From: Kiritimatiellia bacterium
GTDB lineage: Bacteria > Verrucomicrobiota > Kiritimatiellia > RFP12 > UBA1067
Assembly (NCBI GenBank): GCA_045617985.1
Contig: JAZLJP010000054.1
Coordinates: 3,330 to 67,329 of the forward strand
Length of the DNA: 64,000 bases
Direction of reading: 5' to 3'
The notes under the pieces were generated by a model. It was not told where the DNA came from, searched no databases, and saw only the letters and a list, made by a program, of their open reading frames with translations. Position numbers and translations under genes: made by a program. Shown here piece by piece: positions 15,385 through 24,780 of the stretch (its first letter is position 1; every line of letters begins with the position of its first letter).

Positions 15385-17877
15385 ATGATGATGCGTTTTT
15401 GCTGTGGCGCCTTGCTTGGCGGCGCCTTGTTGGCGAGTGTTTCGGCCTGGGGGGCGGCACCGTGGCGGCCGGCGGGGGACTGGCCCGTTTTGAAGCATTA
15501 CGACCAGGATCATCTCTTCCGCATTGCATTGCCGCTCGGTGGCATCGGCTGCGGCTCGTTCTCGCTCGGCGGGCGCGGCGAGTTCACGGATTTTGTGATG
15601 ATGAATGCCACGCGCCATGACTATCTGCCGGGTGCGCCGTATTTTTCGCCGTTTGCGGCGGTGACCGTGAAGGGCGCGAAGGCGGGGCGCGTGAGCCGCC
15701 AGCTGCGGGGCGCTACGTATCAATGGGAGCGCCAGCAGTTCACGGGCCAGAGCGTGACGCAGGCGGGCTTTCCGCGTTTCCGCGAGGCGAGTTTCGACGG
15801 TTCGTTTCCGTTCGGCACGGTGAAGCTTGCCGACCCCGCAGTGCCGGTGAAGGTGGCCATTCGGGCGTTCAGCCCGTTTGTGCCGAACGACGAAGAGGCG
15901 AGCGGTTTGCCGATCGCGTCGCTCGCGTATGAAGTGACGAATACGTCCGCCGAGCCGCTCGAAGCGACGGTGGCGATCTCCCTGCCGAATTTCATCGGTA
16001 CCGATGGAACCTCCAACGCCTTTACCGACAAGGCGAAGAAGGCGCATAACGCCAATGCGTTCCGTGACGGCGGTACGTTCCGCGGCATAGCGTTCATGCC
16101 GGCTGCGGAAATCGACCGCAACCATGCGGCATGGGGCACGATGGCGCTCGTGACCGAGGAAAAGGAGGGAGTGAGCGCACGCCTCGCGCTCATGAACGTG
16201 CCGGGCTGGGCGAGCCAGGTGGCGCAGAACGAGGAATGGTGGCGCGACTTCACCGACAATGGCGAATTCAATGTGAACTATCCGCAGCGCGCGCGCGATC
16301 CCGTAGGCTCGCTCGGCATCAAGAAGACGCTCAAGCCCGGCGAAACGAAGGTGTTCACGTTCCATTTCACTTGGCATTTCCCGAACCGGTATGGCTGGGG
16401 AAAGACGAACGTCGGCAACTGGTACACGACGCGGTATCGCGACGCCTGGGACGTCGCGGCGAAGACCTTGCCGCGCCTTGCTGATCTGGAAGCGCGTTCG
16501 CTCGCCTTTGCGCGTGCGTTCGCCTCGTGTTCGTATCCGGCCGCGCTCAAGGAACGGGCGGCCATGAATCTTGCGGTGTACAAGGGCTCGGGCGAGTTCC
16601 GCGACGCGGGCGGGCGCTTCATGGGCTATGAGGGCGTGGGCGCGACGTTCGGCTGCAGTTCGGGCAGTACGACGCACGTCTTCAACTACGAACAGGCCAC
16701 GGGCATTCTCTTCCCGCGCCTCGCGCGGACGAAGCGCGATGTGGAGTTCAACTACATGATGCATGAGAACGGCCAGCTGCCGTGCCACCAGGCGCTGCCG
16801 CTTGATGGGCCGAAGCCGCGTGCCGCCTGCCGCCACCTCGTGGTGGACGGCCAGTGCGGCGTGATCATGAAGCTCTATCGCGACTGGCTGCAGTGCGGCG
16901 ACAAGGCGTGGCTCGCGGGGCTTTTGCCGAAACTCCGCACGGCGACGCGTTTCCTCTGGAGTCCGGAAGGGTTCGACCGCGACGCGGATGGCCTCGTGGA
17001 CGTGAAGGACGGCCAGTTCAACACCTACGACATCTGCTTCATGGGCCCCAATCCCCTTGCGCAGTTCTGGTATCTCGGCGCGCTTCGGAGCGCCGAAGAA
17101 CTCGGCAAGGCCGGCGGCGACGTGGCGTTTGCGACCGAATGCCGCAACATGTTCGAGAAGGGGCGGCGCCTTACGGATGAAAAGCTCTTCAATGGCGACT
17201 ACTTCATCCAGCTCCTCGAAGACCCCGAGCGCCACAGCCAGATGGGCGAGGGCTGCCTTTCCGACCAGCTTCTCGGCCAGCAGACCGCCCACCTCCTCGG
17301 CCTCGGCTATCTTGCCGACCCCGCCCACGTGCGCAAGGCGGCCGCGAGCGTGGCGAAGTACAACCTCAAGGCCGATCTCTACGGCCACTTCAACTATCTG
17401 CGCACCTACGCGATGGATGAAGAGCCGGGCCTTTTGATCATGACGAATCCCCGGGGCGAAGTCAAGTATCCGTTCACCTATTGGTCGGAAGTCTGGACCG
17501 GCATTGAGTACACGACGGCGGCCGAATTCCTGTATGAAGGCCTCGAGAAGGAGGCCGTGCGGGTGGTCGAAGGCGTTTCGACCCGCTATAACGGCCTCAA
17601 CCGCAATCCCTACAGCGAAATCGAATGGGGGTTCAACTACGTGCGTTCGCTCGCGAGCTGGAACGTGGTGCAGGCCTGGAGCGATTTCCACTGGAATGCG
17701 GCGGCGGGCGAAATGACGTTCGGTGCGCGGCCGGGGCGGTACTTCTGGTCGGTCGGCGGCGCCTGGGGCGTTGCCGACGTCGCTCCGAGGGGCGTTACGG
17801 TACATCCGATCGAAGGCCGCCTTGCCCTCAAGAGCGTAAAGGTGAACGGAAAGGCCGTCACCTTTGCCGTCAAGTAA
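15385..17877 (+). CDS. GH116-family glycosidase (GBA2-type beta-glucosidase/xylosidase family)
   Basis: 830 aa with a signal peptide. GBA2-type N-terminal motif PLGGIGCGSFSLGGRG, catalytic-domain motifs CLSDQLLGQ and YWSEVWTGIEY. AGGAGA Shine-Dalgarno sequence upstream. Confidence 0.8.
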   Translation: MMMRFCCGALLGGALLASVSAWGAAPWRPAGDWPVLKHYDQDHLFRIALPLGGIGCGSFSLGGRGEFTDFVMMNATRHDYLPGAPYFSPFAAVTVKGAKAGRVSRQLRGATYQWERQQFTGQSVTQAGFPRFREASFDGSFPFGTVKLADPAVPVKVAIRAFSPFVPNDEEASGLPIASLAYEVTNTSAEPLEATVAISLPNFIGTDGTSNAFTDKAKKAHNANAFRDGGTFRGIAFMPAAEIDRNHAAWGTMALVTEEKEGVSARLALMNVPGWASQVAQNEEWWRDFTDNGEFNVNYPQRARDPVGSLGIKKTLKPGETKVFTFHFTWHFPNRYGWGKTNVGNWYTTRYRDAWDVAAKTLPRLADLEARSLAFARAFASCSYPAALKERAAMNLAVYKGSGEFRDAGGRFMGYEGVGATFGCSSGSTTHVFNYEQATGILFPRLARTKRDVEFNYMMHENGQLPCHQALPLDGPKPRAACRHLVVDGQCGVIMKLYRDWLQCGDKAWLAGLLPKLRTATRFLWSPEGFDRDADGLVDVKDGQFNTYDICFMGPNPLAQFWYLGALRSAEELGKAGGDVAFATECRNMFEKGRRLTDEKLFNGDYFIQLLEDPERHSQMGEGCLSDQLLGQQTAHLLGLGYLADPAHVRKAAASVAKYNLKADLYGHFNYLRTYAMDEEPGLLIMTNPRGEVKYPFTYWSEVWTGIEYTTAAEFLYEGLEKEAVRVVEGVSTRYNGLNRNPYSEIEWGFNYVRSLASWNVVQAWSDFHWNAAAGEMTFGARPGRYFWSVGGAWGVADVAPRGVTVHPIEGRLALKSVKVNGKAVTFAVK

Positions 17878-17927
17878 AAACGACGCGCACGCGGTCGAAA
17901 TTGGGGCATGACGAAGGGGCGTGAAAA

Positions 17928-17936
17928 TGGTATAAT
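17928..17936 (+). promoter_or_regulatory. extended -10 promoter upstream of wecB
   Basis: TGGTATAAT, 69 nt upstream of the wecB ATG. No good -35. Confidence 0.45.
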
Positions 17937-18004
17937 AGGGGGAACTACGCGTGAGGCTTCGATGGATGATGCCGAACGAGTCGCCAAAGAAAGAAAACGT
18001 TACG

Positions 18005-19144
18005 ATGAAAATCATTTCAGTTGTCGGGGCACGCCCCAATTTCATGAAAGTCGCGCCCCTCTGCCGCGCGCTGAAGGCCTATCCCGCCGTGCAGCACATG
18101 CTGGTGCACACGGGGCAGCACTATGACGTGCGCATGAGCGAGCAGTTTTTCAAGGAGCTCGACATTCCCAATCCCGATATCAACCTCGGCATCGGCAGCG
18201 GCTCGCATGCCGAACAGGTGGGCCGCACGATGATCGAGTTCGAGAAGGTGCTGCGCGCGGAGAAGCCAGACTGGGTGGTCGTTCTCGGCGACGTGAACGC
18301 CACGATCGCCTGTTCGGTGACGGCGAAGAAGGAACACGTCAAGTGCGCCCATGTCGAAGCGGGCCTCCGCAGCCGCGACATGGATATGCCCGAGGAGATC
18401 AACCGCCTCGTGACGGACCGTTTGAGCGATCTCCTCTTTACGCCGGATCGTCTCTCCAATGCGAACCTGAAGGCCGAGGGCGTGCCGGACGCGAAGATCC
18501 AATTCGTCGGCAACATCATGATCGACACGCTTGAACGCGAACGCGCCCGGGCGACGCAACTTGATATCAATACGGTCGTTCGCGAGAACCTTGTGGAGAA
18601 TACGCGCGCGGCGGCGGAAGGCCCGAACCTCGTCGAGCGCGGCTATGTGGCGATGACGATGCATCGGCCGAGCAATGTGGACCAGCGCGAGACGCTTGTG
18701 CCGGCCATGCGCTTCTTCCTCGACGAGGTGGCTCGCGAGTATCCGATCGTGTGGGCGATCCATCCGCGGGCGCAGAAGATGCTGGAGACGTTCGGCCTTT
18801 GGAGCGAAGTCGCGTCGAACCCGAATTTCGTTCTCGTCAACCCCCTGGGCTACCATGCGATGCTTCGGCTCAATATGGGCGCGCGCCTGTTCATGACGGA
18901 TTCGGGCGGGCTTCAGGAGGAGTGCTGCGTGCTGGGTACGCCCTGCCTCACGATGCGGTGGAATACGGAGCGGCCGATCACGCTGATGGAAAACGGAGGC
19001 GCGTCGATCCTCGTGGGCAATGCCGTTGAGAAGATCCGCGCGGCCTATCGCGCCCAGATCAATGCCGAGCGCCACGCGATGCGCCCGGAATTGTGGGATG
19101 GCCGCACGGCCGAACGCATCGCCAAGATTCTCGTTGAAGGCTGA
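18005..19144 (+). CDS. wecB: UDP-N-acetylglucosamine 2-epimerase (non-hydrolysing)
   Basis: The start MKIISVVGARPNFMKVAP is the family-typical N-terminus. Also HTGQHYD, EAGLRS and DSGGLQEE. The longer GTG-17951 form adds a non-homologous leader. Confidence 0.85.
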   Translation: MKIISVVGARPNFMKVAPLCRALKAYPAVQHMLVHTGQHYDVRMSEQFFKELDIPNPDINLGIGSGSHAEQVGRTMIEFEKVLRAEKPDWVVVLGDVNATIACSVTAKKEHVKCAHVEAGLRSRDMDMPEEINRLVTDRLSDLLFTPDRLSNANLKAEGVPDAKIQFVGNIMIDTLERERARATQLDINTVVRENLVENTRAAAEGPNLVERGYVAMTMHRPSNVDQRETLVPAMRFFLDEVAREYPIVWAIHPRAQKMLETFGLWSEVASNPNFVLVNPLGYHAMLRLNMGARLFMTDSGGLQEECCVLGTPCLTMRWNTERPITLMENGGASILVGNAVEKIRAAYRAQINAERHAMRPELWDGRTAERIAKILVEG

Positions 19145-19162
19145 AAGAAGGAAACCGAGGAA

Positions 19163-21325
19163 ATGAAGCAGATTCTTCAAAGTTTCAAAACGGGTGAGAT
19201 GTGGCTCGCCGAGGTGCCGGCGCCCCTCTGCAAGCCGAAGGGCGCCGTGGTGGAAACCTGTGCGAGTTTCGTGAGCGCGGGTACGGAGCGGATGCTCGCC
19301 GAATTTGCGAAGAAGGGGCTCGTGGGCAAGGCCCTGCAGATGCCGGACCAGGTGAAGAAGGTCATTCGCAAGATGAAGACGGAAGGCGTTTTCGCGACCC
19401 TCGAGAAGGTGCAGGCGAAACTCGACCAGCCGATTCCGCTTGGTTATTCGAGCGCCGGGTATGTGCGTGAAGTTGGTGTGCAGGGGGGCGAATTCAAGGT
19501 GGGCGACCGCGTGGCCTGCGGCGGCGCGGGATTTGCGAACCATGCCGAATTCAACTACGTGCCCCGGAACCTCATCGTGAAGATTCCCGACGGCGTGAGC
19601 TTCGAGGATGCAAGCTCGGCGACGGTGGGTTCGATCGCGCTTCAGGGCGTGCGGCAGTGCGATGTGCGCCTTGGCGAAACGGTGGCCGTGATCGGTTTGG
19701 GCCTGATGGGCATTCTCGCCGTTCAGATGCTCAAGGCGAGCGGCTGCCGCGTGATCGGCTTCGATCCGAATCCGGGCCGTTGCGCCCAGGCCGAGGAGCT
19801 CGGTTGCGATCAGGCGGTTTCAACGCCGCTCACGCCGGCCGCGCTCGCGTTTTCGGGCGGGCAGGGCGTGGACGCGGTGCTCATTACGGCCGCGACGAAG
19901 AGCGATGAACCCGTGACGGTGGCGGCGGAAATCTGCCGCAAGAAGGGGCGCGTGGTTGCGACGGGGCTCGTGGGCATGAATCTGCCGCGCGACCAATACT
20001 ACAAGAAGGAAATCGATTTCCGTTTGAGCTGCAGCTACGGCCCCGGCCGTTACGATCCCGTCTACGAAGAGCAGGGCATCGACTATCCGTTCGGCTACGT
20101 GCGCTGGACCGAACAGCGCAACATGGCGGCGTTCCTCCAGCTCGTTGCCGAAGGGAAGGTGACGCCCGCGAAACTCGTCACGCATCGCTTCAAATTCGAT
20201 GACGCGCTCGACGCCTATTCGATGATGCTCAACCACACCGAGCCCTATCTCGGCATCGTTCTCGATTACGGCGTCAAAACGGCGACGGCCGGCGCCATCA
20301 CGCGGCGTGTCGATTTCGCCACCGCCTCTCCGGCTGCGGCGCCGTGTTCGACGGTGGGCGTCTCGTTCCTCGGCTGCGGTAATTTCGCGAAGGCGGTGCT
20401 CCTCCCGGCCGTCAAAAAGCAGGCGCCCCGCACGGCGACCTTGCGCGGCATCTGCACGGCGAGCGGTATGAACTGCGGCGAGACGGGGAAGAAGGAGGGG
20501 TTTGCCTTTGCAACGACCGATCAGGACGAGCTCCTTGCGGATAACGCCACCCGGCTCGTGGTGGTGACAACCCGCCACGACCTCCACGCCGCGCAGGTGA
20601 AGGCGGCGCTCGCGGCCGGAAAGTACGTGTTCACGGAAAAGCCGCTCGGCATTACGGCCGAACAGCTGGCGGATTTGGCGCAGCTTCCGAGCGAAGCGCG
20701 TGCGCGCGTGACGGTGGGCTTCAACCGCCGCTTTTCGCCGCATGCGAAACTTCTGAAGGACTATTTCGCCGCGCGCACGCTGCCGCTTGTTCTGCACTAC
20801 CGGGTGAACGCGGGCTCGATTCCGCGCGACGTGTGGATTCAGGATCCCGCCGTGGGCGGCGGGCGCCTCGTGGGCGAAGGGTGCCATTTCATCGACTTCA
20901 TGCGTTTCGTCGTGGGCACTCCGGTCGTGAAGGTGCAGGCGATGTGCATTCAAACCGCGAATGCCGCCGAAACGCCGGAGGATTCGGTGAGCATCAACTT
21001 GCAGTTTGCCGATGGGAGCCTCGGTACGCTCGAATACGTCGCCCTCGGCGATACGACGCTCCCGAAGGAATCCTGCGAAATCCATGGCGAAGGCTCGACG
21101 GCGCTCATGACGAATTTCTGTACGACGGTCTGCTCGGGCCGCCTCGGCAAGAAGGCGCTCAAGGGCAAACAGGCGAAGGGTTTTGCGGAAGAGGTCGCCG
21201 CCACGCTCGCCGCCGTGCAGGCGGGCAAGGCGATGCCGATCGCGTGGACGGAAATCGAAAACGTGACGGCCACGACCTTTGCCGCCTTGAAGGCCTTGCG
21301 GAGCGGGGCGACGGAAGCGGTGTAA
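19163..21325 (+). CDS. bi-domain oxidoreductase (Zn-type alcohol dehydrogenase domain + Gfo/Idh/MocA domain)
   Basis: 720 aa. The N half has an MDR/ADH layout (VIGLGLMGILAVQ Rossmann). The C half is Gfo/Idh/MocA-like (VGVSFLGCGNFAK..., EKPL, GFNRRFSP). Confidence 0.75.
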   Translation: MKQILQSFKTGEMWLAEVPAPLCKPKGAVVETCASFVSAGTERMLAEFAKKGLVGKALQMPDQVKKVIRKMKTEGVFATLEKVQAKLDQPIPLGYSSAGYVREVGVQGGEFKVGDRVACGGAGFANHAEFNYVPRNLIVKIPDGVSFEDASSATVGSIALQGVRQCDVRLGETVAVIGLGLMGILAVQMLKASGCRVIGFDPNPGRCAQAEELGCDQAVSTPLTPAALAFSGGQGVDAVLITAATKSDEPVTVAAEICRKKGRVVATGLVGMNLPRDQYYKKEIDFRLSCSYGPGRYDPVYEEQGIDYPFGYVRWTEQRNMAAFLQLVAEGKVTPAKLVTHRFKFDDALDAYSMMLNHTEPYLGIVLDYGVKTATAGAITRRVDFATASPAAAPCSTVGVSFLGCGNFAKAVLLPAVKKQAPRTATLRGICTASGMNCGETGKKEGFAFATTDQDELLADNATRLVVVTTRHDLHAAQVKAALAAGKYVFTEKPLGITAEQLADLAQLPSEARARVTVGFNRRFSPHAKLLKDYFAARTLPLVLHYRVNAGSIPRDVWIQDPAVGGGRLVGEGCHFIDFMRFVVGTPVVKVQAMCIQTANAAETPEDSVSINLQFADGSLGTLEYVALGDTTLPKESCEIHGEGSTALMTNFCTTVCSGRLGKKALKGKQAKGFAEEVAATLAAVQAGKAMPIAWTEIENVTATTFAALKALRSGATEAV

Positions 21326-21330
21326 AGACT

Positions 21331-22542
21331 ATGAAAATCCTTTTCTTCAGCCACTACTACACGCCGGAGGGCAATGCGCCCGCAACGCGCGTGAGCGCGC
21401 TCTGTTCCCGCTGGGCGAAGGCGGGGCACGATGTGACGGTTGTCACCTGTGCGCCGAATGTTCCGAGCGGCATCGTTTACGAGGGCTACGCCAATCGCCG
21501 GTGCGACGAAGTGATCGACGGCGTGAAGGTGGTGCGCGTGAAGACCTATCTCGCGGCCAACAAGGGCGCCGTGAAACGGATGCTCAACTTCGTGAGCTAT
21601 TTCCTGAGCGCGCTCTGGACGGCGATTCGCCTTCCGAAACCGGACGTGGCGATCGCCACCTCGCCGCAGATCTTCTGCGGCTACGCCGGCGTGTGGTATC
21701 ATCGTTTGCGGCGCGTGCCGCTCGTCGTTGAAATCCGCGACATCTGGCCGGAATCGATGAATGCCGTGGGGGCGAAGATCCCGGGCTTGGCCTTCAAGGC
21801 GCTCGAGCTCATCGAGCATGCGCTCAACACGAGCTGCGCGAAGCTCGTCACGGTGGGCGAGGGCTACAAGGCGCGGCTCATTGAAAAGGGCGTTCCCGCC
21901 GAGAAGCTCGCGATTGTCATGAACGGGACGGATCTCGCCGTCTACAAGCCGCAGCCGCGGAACGAGGCGCTTGTCAAGACGTGGGGGCTCGACGGCAAGT
22001 TTGTGGTGAGCTACATCGGAACCGTGGGCATGGCGTGCGGGCTTGAAGTCGTTCTTGATGCGGCCGAACAGTTGAAGGAGACGAATGTCGTTTTCGCGAT
22101 TGTCGGCGATGGCGCGCATCGGGCCACGCTCGAAGCGGCGGCGAAGGCGCGGAACCTGAAGAATGTCGTCTTTACGGGGCGCCAACCGAAGGGCGCGATG
22201 CCCGACTGGGTGGCTTCGAGCGATGCGAATCTCGTCCATTTGAAGAAGACCGACCTCTTCACCACGGTGATGCCGAGCAAGATCTTCGAAAGCGCCGGCT
22301 GCAAGCGCCCGATCATCATGGGTGTGGACGGTTTTGCGAAGGAGCTCGTGATGAAGGCCGGCGCGGGGCTCGACATGACGCCTGAAAGCGCCGAGTCGCT
22401 CGTTGCCTGCGTGCGCGAGCTTCTCGCCGATCCCGCGCTCTGTGTGCGCCTCGGCGAACAGGCCTACACGAATATCGCCTGTATCCACAACCGCGACCAG
22501 CAAGCCGCCGACTACCTTGCGCTTCTGGCCTCCCTGGTATGA
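21331..22542 (+). CDS. GT4 glycosyltransferase (WbuB-like)
   Basis: MKILFFSHYYTPEGNAPATR start and a C-terminal GT-B motif (PSKIFESAGCKRPII). The upstream extension from 20833 overlaps the previous gene in another frame. Confidence 0.8.
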   Translation: MKILFFSHYYTPEGNAPATRVSALCSRWAKAGHDVTVVTCAPNVPSGIVYEGYANRRCDEVIDGVKVVRVKTYLAANKGAVKRMLNFVSYFLSALWTAIRLPKPDVAIATSPQIFCGYAGVWYHRLRRVPLVVEIRDIWPESMNAVGAKIPGLAFKALELIEHALNTSCAKLVTVGEGYKARLIEKGVPAEKLAIVMNGTDLAVYKPQPRNEALVKTWGLDGKFVVSYIGTVGMACGLEVVLDAAEQLKETNVVFAIVGDGAHRATLEAAAKARNLKNVVFTGRQPKGAMPDWVASSDANLVHLKKTDLFTTVMPSKIFESAGCKRPIIMGVDGFAKELVMKAGAGLDMTPESAESLVACVRELLADPALCVRLGEQAYTNIACIHNRDQQAADYLALLASLV

Positions 22543-24170
22543 AGAAGCTATTGCTCATCCTTCGAACGGTTGCGTATCTGCGGCCCGTTCAGGTGGTCAA
22601 CCGCCTGTGGCGGAAGCGTGCGATCGGCGCGGTGCGGGAGGCGCCCGTGCCGCCGCGCGCAGGGCTTGCGCCGCGCGTGGCCTGGCCAACGTACTTTTCG
22701 TGCTGGGATGGCGGAGGGCAGTTCACGTTCCTTTCCGAAACGTTTCCCTGCGTGACGGCAGCCGACTGGAACGCGGCGGCACGGAAAAAACTCTGGCTCT
22801 ACAATCTCCACTATTTCGATTGTCTTCGCACGGCGGAGGGCGCGGCGGATGTCACGCGGGCGTGTGCGCTCATCCGGCGCTGGATCGCCGAAAATCCCGT
22901 GGGGCGGGGGAACGGCTGGGAACCGTATCCGATTTCGCTTCGCGTGGTCAATTGGATCAAGTGGCTCACGGTCAATCGCGAAAAGATCGGCGCGGCATCT
23001 TCGGCGATCGACCAGTCGCTTGCCGTGCAGGTGCGGTATCTTGCGAAGCGGCTTGAATACCATCTCCTCGCCAACCATCTCCTTGCAAATGCGAAGGCGC
23101 TCGTCTTTGCGGGGCTGGCTTTCACGGGCGACGAAGCGGCGGGATGGTTGAAGAAGGGGCTGGCCCTCTACCGCGCGCAACTTCCCGAGCAGGTGCTCGC
23201 CGACGGCGTCCATTTCGAATTGAGCGCGATGTACCATTCGATCATGCTCGAGGATGTGCTCGATTGCGTGAATCTGGCGCGCGGGGCGGCGCACGAGGAG
23301 GCCGCGTTCCTGAACGATTTCGCGGAGCGGATGATGGCCGCCCTCGACTTGCTCGTCGGGCCCGACGGCGCGATTGTGAAGTTCAACGATGCGGCTGACG
23401 GCATCGCGCTTGCGCCGGCGACCCTCACGGCGTATGCGGCGGCTCTGGGCTTTACGCCCCCTCCCGTGCCGCAGTCTGCGGCCGGTTCGGCTCGGGATGG
23501 GCGTTCGGGCTTCGTGAAACTCGTTGCGGGCGAGTGGACGCTCTTCGTTAAATGCGGGGCGATCGGCCCCAGCTACCAGCCGGGACACGCCCACGCCGAT
23601 TCGCTCGGTTTTGAACTCTGGAAGGGAACGCAGAAGATCGTTGCCGATACGGGTACGGATCGTTACGTCGTCGACGACGAGCGCAAGCGCCAACGCGGTT
23701 CGGCGGCGCACAACGTGGTGGTGGTGAATGGACGCAACTCGAGCGAGGTGTGGAGCGGCCATCGCGTGGCCGCCCGCGCGAAGATCCTCGGCTGGCAGGT
23801 GAAGCCGACGGTCGATGGAGCGATTCTCGAAGCAAGCCTGCGCGACGTTGCCGGCAACACGTGGCGGCGCACCCTCGCGCTCACCCCCAACGGTTTGGAA
23901 GGGCAAGACGAGGTGACCGGCCGCCTGCGCACGGTCGAAGCGCGTTTCCATTTCGTTCCGAACGCGACACAACGCGTTGAACTCGTTCTCGATCGGCAAT
24001 TGAAAAACAGCGGGCGTGCGGATTGTGGCCTCGCATGGGAGCCCTGTGAACTCGCGGCTACATTTGGACGGATGGTTCCGGGGACGTGCGGGGTGATCAA
24101 GGGGGATTGTTCCCTTGGGGCGCCTGTCACGCTTGCTTGGCGGATTTCGGAACGGAGGACGAACGGATGA
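22539..24170 (+). CDS. heparinase II/III-like (alginate-lyase fold) protein of polysaccharide-biosynthesis clusters
   Basis: 543 aa. LWLYNLHYFDCL, GHAHADSLGFELW and AAHNVVVVNG motifs. The start overlaps the GT4 stop (ATGA). Confidence 0.75.
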   Translation: MKKLLLILRTVAYLRPVQVVNRLWRKRAIGAVREAPVPPRAGLAPRVAWPTYFSCWDGGGQFTFLSETFPCVTAADWNAAARKKLWLYNLHYFDCLRTAEGAADVTRACALIRRWIAENPVGRGNGWEPYPISLRVVNWIKWLTVNREKIGAASSAIDQSLAVQVRYLAKRLEYHLLANHLLANAKALVFAGLAFTGDEAAGWLKKGLALYRAQLPEQVLADGVHFELSAMYHSIMLEDVLDCVNLARGAAHEEAAFLNDFAERMMAALDLLVGPDGAIVKFNDAADGIALAPATLTAYAAALGFTPPPVPQSAAGSARDGRSGFVKLVAGEWTLFVKCGAIGPSYQPGHAHADSLGFELWKGTQKIVADTGTDRYVVDDERKRQRGSAAHNVVVVNGRNSSEVWSGHRVAARAKILGWQVKPTVDGAILEASLRDVAGNTWRRTLALTPNGLEGQDEVTGRLRTVEARFHFVPNATQRVELVLDRQLKNSGRADCGLAWEPCELAATFGRMVPGTCGVIKGDCSLGAPVTLAWRISERRTNG

Positions 24171-24763
24171 TTGCGTATTTGAGAGGGGAATTGGCCGAGA
24201 AGGATATTTCGCGTGTCGTCGTGGAGTGTGGCGGCGTGGGCTACGAAGTGGCGATTCCGCTTTCGACCTTTGATCGGCTGCCCGCAGAAGGCGAACAGGT
24301 GAAACTCTACACGCATCATGACGTGCGCGAAGACGCCCAGTTGCTGTTCGGCTTTTCATCGTCGCAGGAACGCGACATGTTCGAACTCATCACGAGCGTT
24401 TCCGGCGTGGGGCCGAAACTCGCGCTCGCGATTCTCTCGGGGTTGACCGTGGGGGCGCTCGAGCTTGCGATTTCGCAGGGCGACGCCAAGCGGCTCGCCT
24501 CGGTGAAGGGCATCGGCAAGAAGACGGCCGAACGCCTCGTCATCGAGCTGCGCGGCAAGATCAATCCGATAGAAGCCCTTGCCCACGCGACGGACGAAAC
24601 GTCGAAGGATCAAGGCGCCGTTCTCCGCGATGCAATGCTCGCGCTTGCGGCGCTCGGCATGGGCGAAGAGATCGCCCGCGCGAAGGTCCAGAAGGTTCTC
24701 GAAGACGAACCCGATTGCGCAAATGTGGAAACCATCATCAAGAAGGCCTTGGCCACGAAATGA
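24167..24763 (+). CDS. ruvA: Holliday junction branch migration protein RuvA
   Basis: MIAYLRGELAEKDISRVVVECGGVGYEV, HhH motifs (VSGVGPKLALAILS, VKGIGKKTAERLV) and a C-terminal domain III. The start overlaps the upstream stop. Confidence 0.9.
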   Translation: MIAYLRGELAEKDISRVVVECGGVGYEVAIPLSTFDRLPAEGEQVKLYTHHDVREDAQLLFGFSSSQERDMFELITSVSGVGPKLALAILSGLTVGALELAISQGDAKRLASVKGIGKKTAERLVIELRGKINPIEALAHATDETSKDQGAVLRDAMLALAALGMGEEIARAKVQKVLEDEPDCANVETIIKKALATK

Positions 24764-24780
24764 AAGAGGAGGGACGAGAG

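Noticed and set aside
15149-15388. A 79-aa ORF in the tRNA-Lys / GH116 intergenic region, considered as a small protein or leader peptide.
   Set aside because: It is G/R-rich and low complexity, has no Shine-Dalgarno sequence and spans the predicted promoter of the GH116 gene. It is most likely non-coding 5' UTR or promoter DNA.
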